Assembly: GCA_048772705.1 (NCBI GenBank)
Contig: JBLWGC010000230.1
Coordinates: 1,240,001-1,304,000 of the forward strand
Source: Leidyana gryllorum EB-2025a
Taxonomy: Eukaryota > Protista > Apicomplexa
Length of the DNA stretch: 64,000 nt
Direction of reading: 5' to 3'
This document shows positions 1-12,651 of the stretch, piece by piece. Below the pieces are notes generated by a model that did no database searches, was not told the DNA's origin, and saw nothing but the letters and a program-made list of their open reading frames with translations. Numbering within the stretch: position 1 is the stretch's first letter; every line of letters begins with the position of its first letter. The position numbers were made by a program, and so were the translations under genes.

Positions 1-484
1 AGTCTGGATACATACATCTTCGGATCAGAGTTCGAGCGCGGTTCGTCCCCGAACATCTTCTGGGCTTCGCCCTATTTATGTATATGTGCAGTGTACTATT
101 TTTTCTTGGCCTGTGTTCACATATTAACTGATCCGATTCATTTATTTATATATAATTGACTGATGGCAGATCACATCTGTGAAGTACATTATTATCGTCT
201 GGTTACGAAATGCTGCTGGTTTATGTCACGCATCAATTGGTGGAGCAGAGCCATCCCAAAGAGAGATGTACATATTAGGTTATCATTGCAGCAGCCGAAA
301 GGAATGTGCACAACACACACGAAATCTGCTCCTTGTTGAGATATGTAAAGCTGGCCCAAAAACGGCAGCGCAAAGCTAGTATCCTCCTCTGTGTCTAGTC
401 ACGCATCTCCACTGAGTGATTAAGCGTTCTGCTTTGTGGAAGGCCATTGACGAGGGAGAGGCAGGGTTTCGTCGAGGAATGGAT

Positions 485-1432
485 TTACTGGGCCCTCAGC
501 ATTTGATTAGGGCCTCCCATGGGGAAACCGCCAGGTGCCCCGTAGTATCCACCACCATACATCCCACCAAAAGCTCCACGGCCCCGCATGCCACCGGCGG
601 GTCTCCTATAACCTCTGCGATAGTAACGGGGTCCACGGGTGAGTGTAGCAGCAGGCCCGAAGGTTTCAGCATCAAGTTCACGCTGCTTTTCGCGGTCCAC
701 TTTAGAGTCGCGGCCATGTTGACGGTTGAGAGTCTCGCAACTGATGTTATCGAAGAATGAAGTTTCCTTGTCGTAGGGCTGAACGGTACTCTCAATCTTC
801 TCCTTTTCGAACTTAGAGTTGTTCTGTTCGAAGTCGAAGGCTTGAGCAACCTGAGTCTTGAGGTTGGAATTGGGCTGAGCGGTCAACTCGCCGACGACGT
901 TGCGGGAGTTGTTCTGGGGGCCTCCTATATTCACACGACCACCTCGGCCGAAACGGTTGTAGCCTCCGAAGCCACCGCCCGGCGGACCATAGTACTCACG
1001 GCCGCCATACATGCCACTCCCACCACGACGGTTCGTCATCGGTGAGAAGCCACGAGGGTACATGCCGTCGCCTCCAACAGGCTGGCGAGCGTATACGTCG
1101 TAGTCAGGGCGGGGCTGTTCGTAATGTTGGTGGGATGGGGCTACATTCACAGCCACAACAGCAGGGTCTTCCTTGACAGAGAACGCGGGCTCAGATACCG
1201 TGAGGTCCTTGATGTCCTTCCCGTTGAAGATAATGTAATCGAAAATCTCAGAGCTCGGCATCACGAATTGAGGGGCCTTTCGATTCTCCGTACCGCTCAT
1301 CCGCACATCACGCAAGGTGACCGTGGAGTTGGTGGTATTGATGTTAATCAAAATACCCTCATATCTCAGCTCTGAGTTGGTCACGAGGGAGATTTTGCTC
1401 CCAATATATGGAATCGCTGAAGAGGACGACAT
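485..1432 (-). CDS. LSM14: LSM14/Scd6/CITH-family P-body protein (intronless)
   Basis: N-terminal Lsm domain (YIGSKISLVTNSELRYEGIL), FDF motif, FFD and TFG boxes, RGG-rich tail; ATG at 1432. Confidence 0.93.
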   Translation of the reverse strand: MSSSSAIPYIGSKISLVTNSELRYEGILININTTNSTVTLRDVRMSGTENRKAPQFVMPSSEIFDYIIFNGKDIKDLTVSEPAFSVKEDPAVVAVNVAPSHQHYEQPRPDYDVYARQPVGGDGMYPRGFSPMTNRRGGSGMYGGREYYGPPGGGFGGYNRFGRGGRVNIGGPQNNSRNVVGELTAQPNSNLKTQVAQAFDFEQNNSKFEKEKIESTVQPYDKETSFFDNISCETLNRQHGRDSKVDREKQRELDAETFGPAATLTRGPRYYRRGYRRPAGGMRGRGAFGGMYGGGYYGAPGGFPMGGPNQMLRAQ

Positions 1433-1930
1433 CTTCCTCTGCCTACCAAGGGGGCTTCGAAAAAAAATCCAGCTACCGAACTGGCCAATCGAGACAACTG
1501 CGCACACACTCCTGTTCGCAATGAGAAATTTTAGGAACCGTATTAACCCTCATCATGCCCATGTGTGCGCGCATTACCAACATTTTTACCCAAAAGCTCT
1601 TTCTCACAAAGGTGGTTGTTCTATCCAATACTCTCGGGTTAGCCTGAACGGGCCGCAAAACGGTTCAGAAACAGGTACACGACAGTCGTACCTAAGTAAG
1701 GTCGTTAGCGGGATTCGCTGTGAGAAAGGAGGATAGGGACCTTCTACATTGCGCAACTGCCGTCGCACCTCGCGTTGTAACCGCCTGCACGGTGAAGGGC
1801 TATGTGTACTCGCGAAGGTTCTAGCACACACGTGTGCCATAATCTTGAACTCACTTGGATACTTTTGGCTCAGCACCTTCAACTACTTGATTAGGCTCGC
1901 TGCATCGGACACAAGATGACCCTGCATCAC

Positions 1931-2501
1931 TCACGGTCCGCCAAGCTTTCCTGGTGAATAACAGTGGCTAGAAGACAGGAGCCGCCGGCCCCACCTAACA
2001 CTCGACCAAATAGGAGATTTCTCGGGAGGTCGCAGAAAGACGGACGAAACTTCCGATGAGAGAGCTGCCACTGTCTGTATGGTCAGAAAGACGCGATCTA
2101 GGATTTGCTCCAAAACAAAGCTCACGGGTATGACTCTTGTGCGACCCGGAGGGGGCAACGTGAGATGCACGGGCACTTCTTCGGGCACCGAGTCTTCCGC
2201 GCCGTGAGGTAGAACAATGCTACTGATTCTTCGGTTCAGCAGAGATAGACATTGGGGGTCCTCTTCCTCCTCTTCGTCTCCCTCTCCGTCGCTCTTCAGA
2301 TCAGTGACTTGGAAGATTTCGTCTGTCTCCTTCGGATCTTTGGGTGGGTCAATAGGGCCCTCATTCCGACTGGAAGCATTGTTGGTGGCGGGAGTGCTGG
2401 GGAGCGTGGATGCCGTCACCAGCGAGCGCAAGGGGAGTTTACTGAGATGATCAATTTTACAGAGGAGGTTTCCAGAGAGCGTCTTACGACAGGGACTGCA
2501 T
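1931..2501 (-). CDS. Hypothetical multi-exon protein; 3' end uncertain, may extend to about 1700
   Basis: ATG at 2501 and a GT-AG intron join into the 1931..2548 frame (MQSLSKLPLRSL...); acidic, Pro-rich; no family recognised. Confidence 0.4.
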
Positions 2502-2769
2502 TCTGTTGTGAGATTATATATAGTGGAGCTACAGCCACATGTTGGCAAATTTGATTCACATGAGTTGTGTTCTTAAGGAATTGTTTGTTCAGTTGGGGGG
2601 AAATGGGAGGAGGCGGTACTGCTGGCTGGCTACGCCATTTTCGGCAATACCCAGGTTAGCATATGATGGAATTTAGAAGTCATACATTCGGTCTAGTTGT
2701 GAGCTAAACAAGGGCGGCGGACGGGTGGTTTAGGTCTGCTGCTTTCTGTGTGCACTAGTCGAGAGGAAT

Positions 2770-3702
<933 letters not shown>

Positions 3703-3771
3703 TCACTCAACACGAGTCAGAGTTGGACAGGAAGAAGGAGTAATGCTATTGTACGGATAGTGTATTTATTT

Positions 3772-4586
3772 CTAAGCTTTTTTTCTGCACACACCGTCAC
3801 CGCCCACACGTCGTCGGTCGCGCCTCAGCTTCTGTCGCAAACTCCTCTTTCGGATGGCTGATACTCCTTCTTTGGGTGTACAGTCCGTCAACCTAATCAG
3901 ATCGCTGTCTAATGCCACGTCGTTGGGCTGGTCAAACGACACCACAGAATCGAGTCTATGTCGCAAGCTCTCGTATTTGCGCCTCAGGCCGGCGTTCGAC
4001 GTGATCCCAGCTCCCAGCAGATACTCCTCAATGTGATCCCAGGGTCGCAAGAGCACAGGTAAACACCGCAAAGCCTCTAACAGCCCCACCGGTTCGCCAC
4101 TAAAATAACGGGAGTATAACACAAACGATTGCTCAACACCAGTGCTCACCTGGTGTTTTTCGAGAATAACACGACCGATCCCGCGCGTTGTCGATTTGCC
4201 GCCAATAACGCGTAATTGCACAGCGCTGGGTTTCTGGAAAACACGATATGACCATTCAACCTGGAAGGATGTCCCCTTACCGGGAATGATCATAAATGAC
4301 TAGCGGCTCAGCGCGCTTCTGCCTCACCAGCGCGTCTTCAATCTGCTGGGGGTCTATTATATAGCAGGTCTCGACGCAGCTGGCATCATTAAGACTGGGC
4401 AGCAGCGTTTTAACAGCTTTTAGCAACTCCAACGTTTCGTTTAATATCTGCTGACTACTCGCAGCGTCCAGTGCTTTCCTGGTTATTGTCCCATACGTAA
4501 ACACCCTATGGTAGAGTTACTCACTTGGCCGGCTGAACCGCAACTTTCTGGAGGACCGGGCGGCTTCGTGTACCGCTCCCCTTCAT
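3772..4586 (-). CDS. Hypothetical basic protein (3 introns), weakly L7Ae/RPP38-like
   Basis: Manual splicing joins MKGSGTRSRP... with the 4277..4504 and 3772..4293 ORFs through canonical GT-AG introns; basic C-terminus. The family call is tentative. Confidence 0.55.
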
Positions 4587-4638
4587 CCCTTTTTTTTGTT
4601 TGGTTAATTATGTCTGTGGTTGCCAAGCACAGAGCACC

Positions 4639-5079
4639 ATGTCCCTTGTTGAGGTAGGAAGCGTTTCTACAGCGAGTTGTGCAGCATATATCTTACGTCC
4701 ATAGGAGTATATCACAGATCTACAGCAAAGTACTGAAGTTTTGGTGACCGAAGCTGTCAAAGCCTTAGAAAATTATTCAGAACAAGTCAATCAGACTGTA
4801 CAGACTCGTCAGCAAGAGGCTCTGAGAACAGTGAACGACAGAGTACAGCGTATAGGTGCGTGTGGGTTTGGGATCGGGAGGGGCAGGGTATGGGGAAAAG
4901 CGAGCCATGTCAGCTGACAATGCACTTCAGAGCACACTCTGCAAAAGTATGTGCATCTGTTGAACAAGAATGCCCATCTGCAGAGCAAAGTGAACCATGC
5001 TAAGGCCTCGGTGCCGTTCGAGTGTGCCTGTTCGTCGAGACACAGCACCTCAAGTACTGACATAGATTCTAGCAATTAA
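4639..5079 (+). CDS. Small predicted coiled-coil protein (multi-exon, missed by ORF track)
   Basis: ATG 4639 MSLVE / EYITDLQQSTEVLVTEAVKALENYSEQ... / EHTLQKYVHLLNKNAHLQSK; GT-AG introns; 3' end uncertain. Confidence 0.5.
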
Positions 5080-5186
5080 GACCCTCCGCGACCATGAAAC
5101 CCCAACTCATATAACGCTTTCATCTTCTTTTTCGATCCGCAACCCTGTCTTCCTCAGAAAAGTATTACTCAAGTCGTCGGAGTCGT

Positions 5187-6307
5187 CTATCCTCCTGCGC
5201 TGTGTGCCCCGCCGACGTTCTCGTTGGCGGCAGCACCAGCAGTGCGGCGTCGTACTGTTGGATTCGACGCGGGATTCACTGCCAAAGGATCGCTCATAGG
5301 AGCGCAAGACCGATCGCCGACCAATACCATAGTATGAGATATAATCTTCTGTTGCATCTTGAAAATGCTTCGGAGTAATAGGCGCATAATGGCGTCTGTA
5401 TCGGTGTATAACTGATCCGAAATAGCCGCAGCGGCGAATATCACAGGTCCGGCCGCCCTCCGTACATACTGAGAGCCGGGAAATTGCACACAGCAGCAAA
5501 ATGGAGCTTACATGGATCTTTCGGAACGGTAGAATGTATGATGATCCGTAGAACGAGAAGGGAAGGTATGTAGCAGTGCCAAACAAGCGCTGGTTGACTT
5601 CATAGCATAACATCCCCAAACACCAAACCGCAATTATCTGTTGCACAACTGTAAGCTGGATCTGTTTTTACACACATCCTCACCGGTCGTGCGTTCTTGA
5701 AACTTGGGGGGAAAGTTAGCAAATGGCCGATGGTGTAAGACATCAGGCTGTTCAGCACGCTGAGAATGAACATCCGCACCAGTGTCGTCTCCGACGTCTC
5801 TGCGGCCCCATCATTAAAGAAGTCGCCGAATCGATCATAGTCCTCCCGGCGCTTTATCAATAACTCGCCGACACGCTTAGCCACACGAGCCGCATCGTCC
5901 GTCACCCCTGCGGCCTGTGTGATAGAAAAGTGTCTCTGGACCGGTGTCAGACGTCGTTCACACTCACCCTCAGCCTCTCCAGAACCGTTGCGACACCTTT
6001 CTGCACGTGGCGGGGCTCAGCCGCTGGATGCACACCCAGCATCTCGTAGTAATCAACGAACAGAGGTGCATAGAAGATCTGTCAAATGACCAACGCAGTG
6101 ACGCTACGGTGTCACAGCCTAGAGACTCACTCACGTATGCAATCGACAGAATCGACAACGCCAAAATCACTCTGAAGCCTGCAGAACTTTACTTCGGGGC
6201 GGGGTAGTACTTTGATGCGTACGATAGGGGTTCGCGCTTCGACGTGATCCATAGATGAACAGTAGTACCAGCTCCACCACCAACAAGCAGAGGTCGCCCA
6301 AACGCAT
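5187..6307 (-). CDS. Membrane protein with degenerate J-domain (no HPD)
   Basis: Spliced product has two N-terminal TM helices, then DYYEMLGVHPAAEPRHVQK...RREDYDRFG, then further TM helices; 5 canonical introns. Confidence 0.65.
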
Positions 6308-6340
6308 GTTTGAGGTGGGAAATTTTTGCTGGGTGGCCGG

Positions 6341-9300
6341 ATGAAGGTGAAGGGCGAGACCAAGAGTCAGAGAGTGAAGGGGTTGTGTTTTCATCCACAA
6401 CTAACATGGATCCTGATCTCTATGCACACAGGAGTCATCGAGCTCTTTGATTTCCGACTCAACTGTCTAATTGACCGATTCGAAGAGCATTGTGGCCCTG
6501 TACGAGGCGTGGATTTCCATTCTACTCAGCCCCTATTCGTTTCCGGCGGCGATGACCACCGTATCAAGGTCTGGGACTACAAGCAGCGTCGTTCCGTATT
6601 CACTCTAACCGGCCATTTGGACTATATTCGAACAGTACAATTCCATAAATCCTACCCGTGGATCTGCTCTGCCGCTGATGATCAAACAGGTAAAGTGGAA
6701 CTTGGTGTCTCCACCCCCACACACTTATGTGTCTCCGTTGAACAGTGAGAATATGGAACTGGCAATCTCGTCATTGCATTGCTGTTCTCGCTGGCCATCA
6801 CCATTATGTGATGTGCGCGCAGTTCTGCCCCCATGGTGATTTATTGGCATCTGGGTCGTTGGACGGCACTATCCGGGTGTGGGATTTGGAAGGGCTGCGA
6901 GCGAAGACGGTTTCGAATAATGGCAACCGCGGGCAAATGGGGTATGCTGCTTCGTCTTCGGCTGGCGAAATCTTCGGTGCCACCGACGCCGTTTGCAAGT
7001 TCACCCTTGAGGGCCACGATCGTGGGGTCAACTGGATTGCTTTCCACCCGACCATGCAGATGATTGTATCTGCGGCGGACGATCGATTGATAAAGATATG
7101 GCGTTATGACGACCATAAGTGGTGGGAAGTGGACACGCTGCGCGGACACTTCAACAATGTGTCTTGTGTGACATTCCATCCGCTGAAGGAGCTTATCGTG
7201 TCTAATTCGGAAGACAGGACCATTCGTATCTGGGATACCCGCAAGCGTACCCTTCTTCACACTGCCAGACGAGATAATGACCGATTCTGGGCGCTGGCGG
7301 CGCAGCCCAATACGAACTGGTTGGCCATGGGTCACGATAGTGGCATGTTTATGTTCAAAATTAACCGAGAGAGGCCGCCAATGTGTGTGTGGCAGGAAGA
7401 TGGCCGGACATCCCTTCTGTACATTACACCAGGGAAGAACGCAGTTGACTTTACACCTGATGTGAAGCAGCCCCTGAATCTTAAGGAGTTGGCCCGAGAT
7501 CAGATCCGTCAACCTCCCGATGCTATGCAGCAGGGGGCAGTGCACATCTACCACAACCCGCTTAACACTGCTGAGGCAATGTTCGTGGTGTTGTATGCGG
7601 CAGCCACTTCTTCAACGACCTCAAGCACTTCCAAGGAGCCCGCTTATGCTTACGATCTCTTTACCTGCACGGCAACTTGGGCCCAATACGCCAGAATGAA
7701 TCCATATGAGACTCAATCTGCGAAAACTCGAGTTTCTTCGGTACGTCTGCTGCGACGAGGTCTGTTGATTCTGCCGAAATAGGGAGTTTGCTGTGATTTC
7801 GCCTTTGTTGGGCGCAATCGCTTCGTCACCCTCAACAGTGTAACGGGCCAATTGATGCTGCACACCAGTTCCAATGTGGGAGGAGAGACCAGCAAGATAC
7901 TAGACCTTGACCTGGTGGTCCGTCAAATACACTATGCTGGAAACAATCGTCTGCTAATTCGCACCGAAGAAGACGTAAGTCGTCGTTCGTCAACTGTGAT
8001 GTTTTTGAGCGTTGCCTTTGTCTGTGTGCGGACGACTGACTTTTATAACATCATTGCAGCTGATGTTATACGACATCGTCGCCAGAAAGAAGTTGGCGGA
8101 ACTGAGCCGGAGCGCTCACATCGTCCCTGGAGTCTTGCGGAGGCTGCGTCAAGTCGTGTGGTCGCCCAATCAAGACTTTGTGGCCTTGATATACAAACGG
8201 TATCTCATCCTTTGTGACGGTCAGCTCAAGCATCTGGCTGGTTTCACCTCGTCAACCAATATCAAAGGAGGTGTCTGGAATGAGCATGGTGAGAGGAGTC
8301 AGCACTGTTGTCCCAATATACCTCGGTTAGGGGTCTTCATCTGTCACACTGCGAGTCAGCTCATGTACTTGATGATCAACGGAGACCGTGGCATCTTGCA
8401 AACGCTTCCCGACAACGATACTCAGTACATTGTAGCCTTTGAGCAAAGCGAAATGTTCAGTGTCAATCGCTGCTGTCATCTGAGGGTCTTTTACGTCAAC
8501 ACACACGAGATTCTCTTGAAGGTGGCCCTCAGTAAGGGCAAAATGGAAACCGTTGCACAGCTTTTGAAAGAGCGTAAGCGCTTCCCCATCTCCCGTCAGA
8601 GGTTCATTCCTTCGCAGGACCATTACGAGGCAACGCTTGGGTAGGCTATCTGCAGAAGAAGGGGTACCCGGAGGTGGCGTATCACTGTGCGCGTGACCCC
8701 GCCACAAAAGCTGTCTTGGCCACCGATTTCGCCGACTTGGAGGCTGCTACAGAAGCCGTACTGGCACTGGACAGTCCCTTGGGATGGCAGAGGCTGGGAG
8801 ATGTTGCCACGCGCCTTGGCAACGTCACCATCGCGGAGCGAGCCTTGCAGAAAGCCCGCCAGTACAATAAGCTCATCCACCTTTACACGATCACTGGGAA
8901 CTTTGAGAAGATGGACAAACTCGGCACTGTGTTACGGGAACTCGGAGACAAGACCACGGCCTTCCACATCAGTGAGTTCGCAGACTCCCCCAGCGCTCTC
9001 ATTGTACTTCGACTCCTTTTCTTTCCAGCGCTTCTCACTGGCAACATAGAAGAACGGGTGGATCTCATGCTGTCCCAGAAACAACCGAACCTTGCCTACA
9101 TGTGTGCCCATCGGCATGGACTTAATGCTCTCGCTGATCAGATCGCTCGCCGGCATCTCACTCCCGAAATGAAGACCAAATTGGACGCCGCAATGTCAAA
9201 ATTGCCCCCGTCTAAGCTCCTGACGCCACCCATTGTCCTCCATAGAGACACACAAGGTTTGGATTGGCCCTTAAAGGAGCCTCCCCGCAGTGTAACTGCT

Positions 9301-10890
9301 GTGTCTGGGGCCTTCGACTTCTTGCTCAAGAACACACAATACAAAACACGCGTCGACGTCCACAAAGAACTGCTCGCAGACTCACGTGGTCGGCCAGCCA
9401 GACGTCCGGTTGACGAACTCGGAGGATTCGTTGGCGACGAGGACGGCGGAAGTGAGCCCGAACACGCTGTGGACACACAGGCGTGGGGTGCTGACGACGA
9501 TGATGACTGGTTTGGCGGAGCTGCCACTCAGGTAAGACGTTCACTGCCCCGTGAACTTGGCTCATCTCTCTCATTGTTGCAGGACACTGATGTGGCAGGC
9601 AAGAGTCCCGACACGATGCCCAGCTCCGAGACACGGGGAGCTGTTGAGGGTCGCTTAGGCGATGAGGATTTGGGTGAAGTAATCACTAAGGGCCGACCAG
9701 TGACACAGCGAGCCGTTGACGCCATTGCACAGCCCTCCGCCGCGGAATATGTCGCTGCGGGAGAGTTCAGAGAGGCCTTCAGCTTCCTCGAGAAGCGCAT
9801 CGGTCTCGTATCGGCCACGAAACTGGTCCCGCTCTTCACAGCCGCCTTCCAAGCCGCTCAGTCTTCCCTACCGACACTTCCCCTCGTTGGTCCCGTCGAT
9901 CTTCCGTAAGAAACAAAGTTCTGCCGCAATGGAGACACCGAATGATCAGACTCTTGCGGGATAGCCCACAAGGCCAGCTCTCCGAGCCAGTGGCGCTTCG
10001 TTATCTTGTTACAGTGAACTACGTTAGTGACTTGATCAAAGATGGGTCTGCGGCTTTCGGCGGTAAGTGTGCTATAAGTTTCTCTCAGATGTGCTGGACA
10101 GCTCGGAAACTGGTCGAGTGCCGCGATATATTCCATCGAGCACTCCTGTCGCTCACTCTGGCCACGGCTAAGAACTCGAACGAGGAGCTGCACTTCAAGG
10201 AGTGGCTGAAACAAGCGCGGAACTATATTTTGGCTGTAGACTTGGAGCAAGCGAGAACAGAAATTCCGGCAGATGATCCACGAAAGAACGCGAGGGGTGA
10301 GCTATGTCCGTCACTGAGCCCGTCGTCATCCAACATTATGTCGTAGAACTGGAATTGGCCGTTCTGGCCACCACTTGTCAATTACAGACCTTCCATCGCT
10401 TCTTGCTGTTGAAAGAAGCAGTGAAAGCGTGCGTGAAGGCCAGGAACTTCATAACCGGTGCAGCGGTGAGTCGATAAGCTCTGCCGAGTGTGATAGGCAT
10501 CTCATTCCCTCTGCTTCCAGTTGGCTCGGAAGATCTTGGAAGGAGAGTTTGCTGTCAAACTGAAGAGCCACATGCAAGACATCGATCGCATGAAGGGAGT
10601 GTTGCAGCGTTGTGAGGATCAAGGATTTAATGACTTGAACTTGGAGGTGGACGCCAGTGCTCCCAATGGTAGGTGTCGTGCAGCATCCAGCGCTAAACGT
10701 TCATCCGATAGATAAACTGAACTTCTGCACCTTCGACAAGAGTGTTTTCGGTCGCGGAGAAGATATATTGAACTGTTCCTTCTGTCATGCCAGCTATCGG
10801 AGTTGCCATAAGGGAAAAGTGTGCTCCATTTGCCAGGTGTCAGAGTTAGGACGTCAAGTTTTGGGCCTACAGTTCAGATCGATAGTGTGA
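6341..10890 (+). CDS. COPA: Coatomer subunit alpha (COPI), multi-exon
   Basis: [14 protein letters not shown] start, WD40 repeats, [17 protein letters not shown]-terminal CSFC...[10 protein letters not shown] motif; about 12 GT-AG introns. Confidence 0.95.
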
Positions 10891-10920
10891 TCATCATTCA
10901 AATTATTTTTCTCTGTGCAC

Positions 10921-12559
10921 ATGAAGACGTTCGGAAACATCAACCTCAATCGCGATGGAAGCGGAAGTATCAGCCTGGTAAAGGCCCCCCCATCACTCAT
11001 ATGTGACATATTATATCACAGGAAGCAGAGGAAGAGGAAGACCTCTGGCACCTCTTCAACATCATCTGCGAAGGGGATAAAGTCAAAGCAAGAACCACCC
11101 GCAAGGTGAAATTGGAGCGCGATACTGGAAAGTCCTGCGTCCAAGTAAAGAAGATAGTTGTCACTCTCGAAGTAATACGTGTGGACTTCGAGCCCAATGA
11201 CCAAAGTATGCGAATTCTGGGACGGAACCTGGTCGAACACGAGGATATAAAGGTGAGAACATCATTGATATCCATTCCTGCAAATCTACCCGAACTCTAG
11301 CTGGGACAACATCACACTGCTGAGGTCGGACTCCATGAAAGAATCACTCTGGACAAAGATAACTGGGACTTCGCAGCCCGCGACAGACTGAGGGAAGCTT
11401 CTGATGCTCGCATGAACGCAGAAGTTGCTGCTGTGTTGATTGACGGGGGCACAGCAGCGCTGTACGTCCTAACCAATTCACTAGTCAAAGATTGTGGGAA
11501 AGTGAGTTCCGTCGTTCGCCCACACACGTGTCTGCGTTGTTGTTCAGTGCCAGGGAAACATTGGCAAAGCCAATGCATATGGGAAAGCGGACAAACAGAA
11601 GGTCAAGTTCTTCGAGGGCATCATGCTAGCCATGCGCAACCAATTCAAGATCGCCAATATGAAATGTATACTTATTGGAGGTCCCGGAGACTTGAAAGAT
11701 CAATTCTACGACTGGTTATTCGAAGCTGCAGTCCAAAAAGGTGTCACCGAGATATCTTCCAAGAAGAAAATCTTCGTGAAGGGCCTGGCCTCGAATTCCG
11801 GAAAGTAAGTGCCGTGCAGAAGCTCATGAGATGCTGTGTATGGGCGCCAGTTCTCCTGTACAACGTTCTGTGTTCTCGTCCGGCTGTTCTGGAAGCGTCT
11901 GTCGGCAAAAAAGCGGCTTAATCATCTGTTGTTCAATGACACCGCTTCATGCAGGAATGCACTCTCGGAAATGCTACAAGACCCCGCCATAGCAGCGAGA
12001 ATGGCGGACACGAAAGCAATTGGGGAGGTGGCGTTACTGAAGAAATACCACAAGATGGCCAATGATGACCCTTTGAGAGCCTGCTACGGTGCGGGCCCGG
12101 TATCCGTGGCTTACGAGCAAGGGGCGATCGATACCCTGCTGATTTCGGACCAACTTTTCAGAAGTTCGGTATTGAAACACCGCGTATTCTTTAGCGAAAT
12201 GGCACAGAATGTGAAGGACGCAGGAGGCAATGTGACAGTGGTGGCGGCCCTGGGGGTAGCCGGAGATCGTAAGTATTCTTTGTGGAGTGTGTTGTGGTCA
12301 GTCGGACTGGACTTGGTTTATGCTCCTCGTTGATTACTGGCACGGCCTAAATAGGCACTTTAAATGGTGGATTGCTGTCCTTGGGGTGTTCCAGGGCGTT
12401 TAACACTCGTTTTTCGCAGAGATCAAGAACCTCGCTGGGATCTGCGCAATTTTACGATTCCCTTGTTACGATGTGAGTGAATTGCACAATGGTAATCTTA
12501 TGTCTCTCTGACAGCTGGAGGATTTGGAGCCGGGATATCTGCCAGAAGCCATGAAGTAA
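10921..12559 (+). CDS. PELO: Pelota/Dom34 ribosome rescue factor, multi-exon
   Basis: eRF1-like domains: EEEEDLWHLFNII, GQHHTAEV, RACYG, TLLISDQLFRS, GICAILRFP. Confidence 0.92.
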
Positions 12560-12651
12560 TCCGGCGGTGTGATGTGGTTTGGTGTTTCTATCGTATGAAC
12601 AAAGGAAAACCTTGTGTGTATCCACTGAGTTCTGGTTGTGTGTTCGACGCT

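Noticed and set aside
4506-4524. Possible 19-nt micro-intron
   Set aside because: An in-frame acceptor 27 nt further on gives a 46-nt intron that fits the local size norm.
4517-4597. U1-like 5' end (TACTCACTTGGCC), Sm-like site, hairpin and T-run suggesting an snRNA
   Set aside because: It is the reverse complement of a GTGAGT donor and of the first coding exon of the minus-strand gene starting at 4586.
6341-12559. Fragmented ORFs suggesting pseudogenes, frameshifting or stop-codon reassignment
   Set aside because: The breaks I examined are resolved by canonical GT-AG introns that restore conserved motifs.
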